The position numbers and the translations under genes were made by a program. Under the pieces are notes generated by a model, which saw nothing but the letters and a program-made list of their open reading frames with translations, did no database searches and was not told where the DNA came from. DNA of 12,626 nucleotides from Kofleriaceae bacterium (lineage in GTDB: Bacteria; Myxococcota_A; Polyangia; Haliangiales; Haliangiaceae): assembly GCA_046597055.1 (NCBI GenBank), contig JBKJLC010000130.1, forward strand, positions 1 to 12,626, given 5' to 3'. Positions 6,452 to 12,626 of this stretch are shown here, in pieces. Numbering within the stretch: position 1 is the first letter of the stretch; every line of letters begins with the position of its first letter.

Positions 6452-7441
6452 CTACCGCGCGGGCGCGAGCGCCAGCTCCAGCCGCACCACCCCGCGCCGC
6501 GGCACCGTCACCCGCCGGCGCTCGACCGTCGCGGGGCCCCAGCGCGGTCCCCCGGCGTCCACCCGCATCACCAGCGGCGGGTACCACACCACCAGCTGGT
6601 AGGTGCCGGGCGGGACGTCATCCAGGGCGAACCGGCCGTCGGGGTCGGTCACCACGTAGTACGGATGGGCCTGCCCGATCGCCCACGCCGGGGCCCGGGC
6701 GCCGCCCTCGAACCGGAGCGCGCCGACCCGGTCGACCGACATCGTCTGCCGCCCGCCCGGATCCAGCTCGACCGTCGACGTCATCCCTGCGCGCTCGCCG
6801 ACCACGCGCGCGACCACCTGGTCCGCATTCTCGATCACCAGCTGCGCCGGCAGCGGGCTCACGATCTGCACTGTCGGCACCAGCGCGCAGTCGTCGACCA
6901 CCAGCACGCCGCCGGTGCGCACGAACGACATCGCGTACGGCACCGCCCGGCCTGCGGTCAGCCCCTCGAGGTACGCGACCGCGCCGCTGATCGGCGCACC
7001 GACCCGGGCCACCCGCGCGGCCGCGCAGCCCGCGGGCCACGCCACCCCGGCGTCGACCTTCCAGCGCAGCGCGCCCATCACCGTCCCCGGGTCGATCACG
7101 CCCGTCGGGTGGTAGGGCGGCGCCGGCGGTGCCGGTGGCCCGAGGCCGACCCCGAGCCCGCCGTACCCGAACCCGCCATAGCCGTAACCACCGTAGCCGT
7201 AGCCGCCGTACCCGGCCCCGCCGTAGCCACCCGCCTCGAGCTCGAGCCGACGCCGCGCGTACCGATCGCCGAACGGGCCCTCCTCGGTGGCGCCGACCTC
7301 GAGCCGCACCGACGCCGACGCCAGCTGCCCGGTGCCGTCGTCGAGCCGGCTGCCGGCCGGGCCCAGCCGCTGCGCCGGGGGCGCGCCGCATCCGGCGAGC
7401 GCGACCAGCGCGGCGCCAGCGAAGCAGGGCACGGGGCGCAC
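6452..7441 (-). CDS. Lipoprotein with Gly/Tyr-rich linker and C-terminal carboxypeptidase-regulatory-like beta-sandwich domain, ~329 aa
   Basis: GTG7441, lipobox ALVALAG-C, and HPYYVVTDPDGRFALDDVPPGTYQLVVWYP, which is typical of this domain. The upstream part of ORF 6452..8062 overlaps the next gene and is a shadow frame. Confidence 0.75.
   Translation of the reverse strand: MRPVPCFAGAALVALAGCGAPPAQRLGPAGSRLDDGTGQLASASVRLEVGATEEGPFGDRYARRRLELEAGGYGGAGYGGYGYGGYGYGGFGYGGLGVGLGPPAPPAPPYHPTGVIDPGTVMGALRWKVDAGVAWPAGCAAARVARVGAPISGAVAYLEGLTAGRAVPYAMSFVRTGGVLVVDDCALVPTVQIVSPLPAQLVIENADQVVARVVGERAGMTSTVELDPGGRQTMSVDRVGALRFEGGARAPAWAIGQAHPYYVVTDPDGRFALDDVPPGTYQLVVWYPPLVMRVDAGGPRWGPATVERRRVTVPRRGVVRLELALAPAR
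7157..7231 (-). repeat. Coding low-complexity repeat GGYGGAGYGGYGYGGYGYGGFGYGG
   Basis: 25 consecutive codons of Gly/Tyr/Phe/Ala in the lipoprotein frame. Confidence 0.85.
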
Positions 7442-7488
7442 CGCCTGAGCGTGCAACGCCCCCTGGCCGGGCGCAACCGCAGGGACCG

Positions 7489-9150
7489 TCAGGGCGCCGG
7501 GGCCGGCGGCGCCGTCGACGGGAACGCGTTCACGACCAGGTTGGTGGCGAGCTCCATCAGCGCCTGGCCGTCCGCGGTGCTGATCGAGGTCGCGAACGCG
7601 ACCCGGCGCCCGGTCCGCTTCACCGACAGCCCGTCGATCGCGTTGTAGGCGCGGAACTGCCGGAGGGCGAGCGAGATCATCCGGTCGTCGAGCAGCTCGG
7701 TGCGGACCCGGGCGATCGCGTCGGCGGCGGTGGCCGCGGTCGGCTCGTCGGCGTAGCGCAGGTTGCCCTTCACGATGAACCCGTGCGGGTCGAGCTCGAG
7801 CGTCACCGTGCCCGAGTCGGGACCCGGCAGCGAGCCGACCCCGAGCGGCAGCGGGATCTGCTTCGGGAACATCTTGGCCGCGGTGACCATGATCGCGGGC
7901 CCGGTCGGGTGGCCCGACTCGCTCTCGATCGAGCCGACCTGCGCCAGCCACGGCGGCAGCGCGGCCGGGGCGGCCGCCGCGCGATCGAGCTCGCCGGGCG
8001 CCGCGGTGGTGAGCCCCGCGAGGTCGTCGGGGCGCGCCAGCGTGACCCAGCCGCGCTGCCACAGCAGGAACACCCGCGGGTCACCCGCCGCGATCACCCG
8101 CGACCGGCCGCGGCGGCCGAGCACGCCGCCGGTGACCACCGACCAGGCCGCGGGCGCGTCGGGCGAGTCGAGAAAGTCGCGCAGCGCCGACGGCGCCATG
8201 CGGGTGTGGGCGACCACGGTCGTGGCCAGCATGTCGCGCGGCTGCGAGCTCGAGAACGACAGCGACTCGAAGCGGTCGGTGAACTTCAGGTCGCTGCCGC
8301 CGCTCAGCGCCGCGCCGTCGGGCAGCGGGCGGATCACGCGCTCGATGCGCTCGGCCCAGTCGGTGTCGCGCAGGCGGTCGAGCCGGATCAGCACGCTGAC
8401 CACCTGGCCGGGCGGGAAGTACTTGATCAGATCGGCCCGGGTGCCCGAGCTCGGGCGGGCCAGGACGTTGCCGGTCGGATCCGGATCGGGCGCGACCGAG
8501 GCGTCGCCGCCGGCGCCGAGCGCCACGCCGCCGTCCTGGGCGACCCCGCCGTCGCCGCTGGTCGCGGTCGCGATCGCCGCACCGCCGTCGTCGGTCGCGA
8601 CCCCGGCGTCGTCGCGGCCGCCGTCGCCGGCCGCGGCCGCGAGCAGCCCGCCGTCGCCGTCGTCGACGCCAGCGTCTCCCGTGGCCGCGAGGTCGACCGC
8701 GGCATCGTCGCCGGCGTCGATCGCGTCGACCGGCTCGGCGTCGACCCCGGCATCGATGGCCGCGACCTTGGCCGCATCGACCCCGGCATCGATGGCCGCG
8801 ACCGGCTCGGCATCGACGCCGGCATCGATCGCGGCGAGGCCCTCGTCGGCGGGCGGCGCGGGCGGCAGCACCGCCTCCTCGCTCGCCGCCGGCGGCGTGG
8901 CCGGGGGCGGCAGGGGTGGCAGGGCCTCCTCGGGCGCGAGCTCCTCGGCCGCCGGCGCGATCGGCACCGTCTCGATGTCGATCGTGATCGGGGGCCGGGT
9001 CCGGTGCACGCCGCCCCAGGCCATCGCGATCAGGAGGAGCGCGTGCAGGACGATCGACGCTGCGATCCCGAGCGCTGCCAGCCGGCGCGGGTTCGGCGCC
9101 GGCGGCGGCGCGTCGGGGGGCTGCCCGGTGGCATCGGCGTCCAGTTCCAC
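7489..9150 (-). CDS. Hypothetical single-pass membrane protein with Pro-rich and acidic DAG-repeat linker and a globular C-terminal domain
   Basis: TM segment LAALGIAASIVLHALLLIAMAWG resembles a TonB-like SxxxH anchor. GTG9150 has GAGG 9 nt upstream; ATG9180 is an alternative start. ORF 7489..9303. Confidence 0.7.
   Translation of the reverse strand: MELDADATGQPPDAPPPAPNPRRLAALGIAASIVLHALLLIAMAWGGVHRTRPPITIDIETVPIAPAAEELAPEEALPPLPPPATPPAASEEAVLPPAPPADEGLAAIDAGVDAEPVAAIDAGVDAAKVAAIDAGVDAEPVDAIDAGDDAAVDLAATGDAGVDDGDGGLLAAAAGDGGRDDAGVATDDGGAAIATATSGDGGVAQDGGVALGAGGDASVAPDPDPTGNVLARPSSGTRADLIKYFPPGQVVSVLIRLDRLRDTDWAERIERVIRPLPDGAALSGGSDLKFTDRFESLSFSSSQPRDMLATTVVAHTRMAPSALRDFLDSPDAPAAWSVVTGGVLGRRGRSRVIAAGDPRVFLLWQRGWVTLARPDDLAGLTTAAPGELDRAAAAPAALPPWLAQVGSIESESGHPTGPAIMVTAAKMFPKQIPLPLGVGSLPGPDSGTVTLELDPHGFIVKGNLRYADEPTAATAADAIARVRTELLDDRMISLALRQFRAYNAIDGLSVKRTGRRVAFATSISTADGQALMELATNLVVNAFPSTAPPAPAP
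8710..8835 (-). repeat. 36-bp coding tandem repeat, about 3.5 copies (AAIDAGVDAEPV / AAIDAGVDAAKV / AAIDAGVDAEPV / DAIDAG)
   Basis: Visible in both the translation and the DNA (recurring TCGACCCCGGCATCGATGGCCGCGACC). Confidence 0.9.
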
Positions 9151-9174
9151 TTGGGCCAACCTCGATCCCCGCAG

Positions 9175-9180
9175 TAGCAT
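9175..9180 (+). promoter_or_regulatory. Putative -10 box TAGCAT, 6 nt before ATG9187
   Basis: TAGCAT-CCGGTC-ATG in a very short divergent intergenic region with no Shine-Dalgarno sequence. Confidence 0.5.
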
Positions 9181-9186
9181 CCGGTC

Positions 9187-9717
9187 ATGGCCGAGTCCAG
9201 GCGCGACCCCGTGACGCGCGCGCTGACCGACACCGAGGTTGCGTACGTGACGGCGGCGCGCGCGCGGGCGCACCTCCTGTACGAGGGCGTGCGGGTCGCC
9301 CACCGGAGCTGCGGCATCGCGGTCGCCGAGACCTTCGGCCTGCCGACGCCGGCCTACCAGTCGCTCCGCCGCGGCGGCATCACCGGCGCCGGCACCTGCG
9401 GCGCGCTGCGCGCCGGCGAACAGGTGCTCGGCGAGCTGCTCGGCGATCCCGATCCGACCGGCCCGGTCACCGACGCGCTGCGATCGGCGATCACCTGGTA
9501 CCAGGCCGAGGCCGGCCAGCGGGTCGATCGCGGCGAGTCGCCCACCACGATCTGCAACGATCTAGTCCGCCCGCTCGGCGACTTCGGGGGCGCCCGCCGC
9601 AAGGCGTTCTGCACCAGCCTGGCCGCCCAGGTCGCCGAGCTCGCGGCCGAGGCGCTGGTCCGGTTCGGACCGCCCGAGTTGTCCCGTCCCCCGATCACGT
9701 CCGTCGAGGAGAGCTGA
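9187..9717 (+). CDS. C-GCAxxG-C-C family putative redox-active protein, 176 aa
   Basis: Four spaced Cys in HRSCG, GGITGAGTCGALRAG, TICNDL and FCTSL match the family pattern. Confidence 0.8.
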   Translation: MAESRRDPVTRALTDTEVAYVTAARARAHLLYEGVRVAHRSCGIAVAETFGLPTPAYQSLRRGGITGAGTCGALRAGEQVLGELLGDPDPTGPVTDALRSAITWYQAEAGQRVDRGESPTTICNDLVRPLGDFGGARRKAFCTSLAAQVAELAAEALVRFGPPELSRPPITSVEES

Positions 9718-10113
9718 GTGCCGATCAAGAAGGAGACCGTCGCCGAGGTCGTTGCCGAGGCCTCGCAGAAGATGGCCGATCCGAACTACTCGGCCGTGCT
9801 GGTCGGCGGCTTCGTCCAGGTCCAGACCCCGATCGTCCAGTTCGTCAGCGCGCACGATCAGGAGCTCGGCGGCGCCGAGGGGATCGTGAACGTGATCTTC
9901 CACGCCGCGTTGATCGGCACCGCCTACGCGCGCGGCATGGGCCGCTCGACCCGCATGATCTCGTTCGAGGAGCTCGACGACGTCGCCGGCCCCGACTCGC
10001 TCAAGCGGCTCGAGAAGGCCCAGCCGTTCTTGCACGGCTTCATCGAGGAGAACGTGGAGAATCCGGAGGCGCGCAAGCTGCTCGCGCTCATCGCCCTCGC
10101 GATGGACCGCTAG
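9718..10113 (+). CDS. Hypothetical protein, 131 aa
   Basis: GTG directly follows the upstream TGA, with SD GAGGAG at 9706-9711. Strong GC3 codon bias and natural amino-acid composition. Confidence 0.8.
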   Translation: MPIKKETVAEVVAEASQKMADPNYSAVLVGGFVQVQTPIVQFVSAHDQELGGAEGIVNVIFHAALIGTAYARGMGRSTRMISFEELDDVAGPDSLKRLEKAQPFLHGFIEENVENPEARKLLALIALAMDR

Positions 10114-10123
10114 CCGGCGCGGG

Positions 10124-10155
10124 TCAGCGGTCGGGTCCGGGCGCTGGGTTTTTCT
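10124..10155 (+). terminator. Possible intrinsic terminator
   Basis: Imperfect stem CAGCG(10125-10129)...CGCTG(10142-10146) followed by TTTTT at 10149-10153, just after the stop at 10113. Confidence 0.3.
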
Positions 10156-10215
10156 GGGGTGCACGGGCCGGGCGCGACGCACGCCTGCTGCCGGATCTCG
10201 TGATACCAACGGGTC

Positions 10216-10734
10216 ATGGCGAACCCGACCGCTACCTTCGAGACGACGCTCGGCACGTTCACGGCCGAGATCTATCAGGACAAGATGCCGATCACGGCCG
10301 GCAATTTCATCAAGCTGGCGCAGAGCGGTTTCTACGACGGCCTGCACTTCCACCGGATCATCGCGGACTTCATGGTCCAGTTCGGCTGCGAGTTCAGCAA
10401 GGACGCGAACAGCCCCCGCGCCGGCACCGGCAACTCGCCGCTCGGCCGCATCCAGGACGAGCATCCGCCCGCGCACAAGCTCTCGAACGAGCCGGGCACC
10501 CTGTCGATGGCGAACACCGGCCAGCCCAACAGCGGCGGCGCGCAGTTCTTCATCAACAGCAAGCACAACAGCTACCTCGACTGGTTCTCGCCGGGCGCCT
10601 CCAAGCACCCGGTGTTCGGCAAGATCACCGGCGGCCAGGACGTCGTGAAGAAGATCGAGACCGCGCCGACCGGTCAGGGTGACCGGCCCAAGACGCCGAT
10701 CAAGATGATCAAGGTCACGATCACCGAGGCGTGA
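10216..10734 (+). CDS. Cyclophilin-type peptidyl-prolyl cis-trans isomerase, 172 aa
   Basis: [54 protein letters not shown]...KHPVFGKI. Confidence 0.95.
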   Translation: MANPTATFETTLGTFTAEIYQDKMPITAGNFIKLAQSGFYDGLHFHRIIADFMVQFGCEFSKDANSPRAGTGNSPLGRIQDEHPPAHKLSNEPGTLSMANTGQPNSGGAQFFINSKHNSYLDWFSPGASKHPVFGKITGGQDVVKKIETAPTGQGDRPKTPIKMIKVTITEA

Positions 10735-10746
10735 TCTCCGACGGGC

Positions 10747-10766
10747 CGCTCGCCAGCTGGTGAGCG
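10747..10766. terminator. Hairpin between convergent genes (possible terminator)
   Basis: CGCTCGCC-AGCT-GGTGAGCG forms an 8-bp stem with one G-U pair. There is no U-tract. Confidence 0.35.
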
Positions 10767-10769
10767 ATC

Positions 10770-12623
10770 TCAGCGCGGCCGGCGGGACAGGGTGCCGGCC
10801 CAGTCCTCGGCGCGCAGCTTGGCCAGCGCTCGCGTGGTCCCGGCCCGGTCGTAGGTCCGCTTGTCCCGCAGCATCGTGAAGACCTCGGTCGCCACGATCG
10901 ACATCACCGCGTGGATCGCCTCGTGGCGGGTGGTCCCTCCCGCGATCAGGCGCGCGACCGCAGCCGCGGTCTCCGGAGGCTGCCCGGCGGCGACCTGGTT
11001 CTCGCCGATCAGATGGAAGGCGGCGTGCAGCGCCGGGTCGGGACCGTCGGGATGCTCCGCGAGCGTGTCGTGATGCGCGCGGATGGCCTCGGTCCGGACG
11101 ACCTCGTCGGCCGCGAGCCAGCGCGCCGGATCGGGCGCGTGGTCGCCGTGGTAGGTCAGGCCGGCGCCCGCCGGGATGCGCTCGTCGATCCCGAGCTCGC
11201 GGCGGAGCTCGTTCCAGAGCTGCGGCGTCGCGCCGGGCTGGCCCTGCGAGTCACGCTCGAAGTCGTCCAGCAGGGCGGCGACCTGGGCCCGACCCTGGGG
11301 TGACCGCGCGGTCGCACGCGGAGTCCTGTCACCCAGGGCCGGGACCGGCTCGTCGAGCCAGCCCTGGTACAGATCGCGCAGCACCGTGGCCAGCATCTCG
11401 GCTTCGAGCTCGGGCGGCATCGAGGGCGATCCCGGCGGGCCCGGATCGTCGGAGGTCGCGTGATCGCGCAGCGCGACCTCGGGATCGGTGAGCGCGTCGG
11501 CGCGGTGCACGACCGCGGCGCCCAGCAGCAGCTCGAGCATCGCGCGACCCCGGGTGAGCCGCGCGCGCGCATGGGTCTCGAGGATCAACTGGTCGCGTTC
11601 GATCCGGATCGATCCCAGCACGGTCGAGCCGCCGAGCGCGGGGTTCAGCGCCGGATCGAGCCACGTGAACCTCGGCTCGGGCGCGTCGTCGTGGCGCTGC
11701 AGGTCGGCGCGGGTGGCGAGCCGGGCGAGGACCGTGTCCGGGTCGACGATCTGGTAGTGCGCCTCGCAGAACATCACGGGCTCACCGTGGGTGGTCGTCA
11801 GCTGGGGCCGCGGCGCCCGCGCCAGCCCGTCGCGCAGCGCGGCCAGGGCCACGTCGGCGTTCGCCGCGAGCAGCTGGCGCATCGGGACGCCCGGGTGCTC
11901 GGCGCGCGCGTCCGCGAGCGCGGCCTCCAGCTCGGCGCGCACCGCGTCGACCACCCCCGGCGGCACCTTGAGGCTATCGCCGGCCATCTCCATCGTCTCG
12001 CCCACCGGCATCAGCCACGCGAGCTGGACCTCGCCGGGATGGATCCCCACGCTGCCGGTCACCTCCGTCACCTCGAACGACTCGTCGAGGATCAGGTCGC
12101 GGACGGTGAAGCCGCTGCCGGTCCGGACGCTGACGATCTCGAACATCGATCCCCAGGCCTGCTGCAGCGTCATCAGCGCAGCCACCTCGCCCCGCGACAG
12201 CGCGCGGCCGTGGCTGACGAGGAAGCGATCGACGGCGCGGCGATCGTCGTCGTCGCGGTGCCCGTAGCTGAGATAGGCCGTCAGCATCGACTCCATCCAG
12301 GCCGGGATCGGCTCGTCCTGGCGCTGCGCCGGGGCGCGCTCGTCGGACTCGAGCAGGAACGCCAGCGCCTCGCGGAGGAGCTCCTTGTGCTTGGGCGCGA
12401 AGACGTGGGTGGTGAGCTTGTCCCGCGCGGCGCGGAACTCCTCCTTCGTGAACCCGGTCGCGCCGTCGCGCACCACCGCAAGACCGCCGAGCCAGCGGCA
12501 ATCGGCCGGGCACTGGATCTCCACCAGCCGGTGCTTGCCGCAGCACTGCGGGCAGATCTCCCCACCGAGCGCCGGGCAGGCGCGCTTGCCCTTGCGGGTC
12601 GAGCAGAACGAGCAGGCGGTCAT
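10770..12623 (-). CDS. Multidomain hypothetical protein, 617 aa: N-terminal 8-Cys zinc-binding domain, Xre/MbcA/ParS toxin-binding-like segment, C-terminal DUF1841-like domain
   Basis: CSFC...CPALGGEICPQCCGKH...CPADC; WLDEPVPALGDRTPR; LHAAFHLIGENQV...RHEAIHA. The start is 3 nt from the window edge, so an upstream extension cannot be excluded. Confidence 0.75.
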   Translation of the reverse strand: MTACSFCSTRKGKRACPALGGEICPQCCGKHRLVEIQCPADCRWLGGLAVVRDGATGFTKEEFRAARDKLTTHVFAPKHKELLREALAFLLESDERAPAQRQDEPIPAWMESMLTAYLSYGHRDDDDRRAVDRFLVSHGRALSRGEVAALMTLQQAWGSMFEIVSVRTGSGFTVRDLILDESFEVTEVTGSVGIHPGEVQLAWLMPVGETMEMAGDSLKVPPGVVDAVRAELEAALADARAEHPGVPMRQLLAANADVALAALRDGLARAPRPQLTTTHGEPVMFCEAHYQIVDPDTVLARLATRADLQRHDDAPEPRFTWLDPALNPALGGSTVLGSIRIERDQLILETHARARLTRGRAMLELLLGAAVVHRADALTDPEVALRDHATSDDPGPPGSPSMPPELEAEMLATVLRDLYQGWLDEPVPALGDRTPRATARSPQGRAQVAALLDDFERDSQGQPGATPQLWNELRRELGIDERIPAGAGLTYHGDHAPDPARWLAADEVVRTEAIRAHHDTLAEHPDGPDPALHAAFHLIGENQVAAGQPPETAAAVARLIAGGTTRHEAIHAVMSIVATEVFTMLRDKRTYDRAGTTRALAKLRAEDWAGTLSRRPR

Positions 12624-12626
12624 GGC

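Noticed and set aside
7449..7475. Sigma-54 promoter suggested by TTGCAC upstream of GTG7441
   Set aside because: There is no GG at the required 10-nt spacing from the GC.
8710..8835. 36-bp periodic repeats as a CRISPR array
   Set aside because: They are in-frame coding tandem repeats with no unique spacers, and no cas genes are present.
833..10608. Long antisense or alternative-frame ORFs (e.g. 833..2521-, 3095..4273-, 4416..5459+, 6041..7648+, 7129..9177+, 7763..9214+, 9562..10608-)
   Set aside because: They overlap better-supported genes and have the biased composition typical of high-GC shadow ORFs.

Overview
Very GC-rich bacterial DNA. The gene style (GC lipoboxes, DAG-rich linkers, four-helix-bundle gene) suggests Myxococcota, which is an inference. 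From left to right: a 23S-rRNA-IVP/Avd-like four-helix-bundle gene whose start codon lies in a ~50-bp inverted repeat; a frameshifted, truncated IS4-family (Tn5/IS50-like) transposase relic; and a divergent PurD-like ATP-grasp ligase translationally coupled to a SAM methyltransferase. Converging on these from the minus strand are a thaumatin-family lipoprotein coupled to a HemK-like NPPY methyltransferase, then a structured lower-GC spacer holding a candidate 7-codon ORF (MEYGLQD), then a heme-oxygenase-like diiron oxidase (HDO). Further right are two envelope proteins, a C-GCAxxG-C-C redox protein, a small hypothetical protein, a cyclophilin PPIase, and a Cys-rich zinc-finger/Xre-MbcA-ParS-like/DUF1841-like multidomain protein. 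The best candidates for novelty are the ATP-grasp + two methyltransferases + HDO cluster with its micro-ORF, the fold-back element over the four-helix-bundle start, and recurrent TAnnnT boxes 5-9 nt before start codons (possible leaderless genes). All family calls come from motif recognition by eye; no searches were run.
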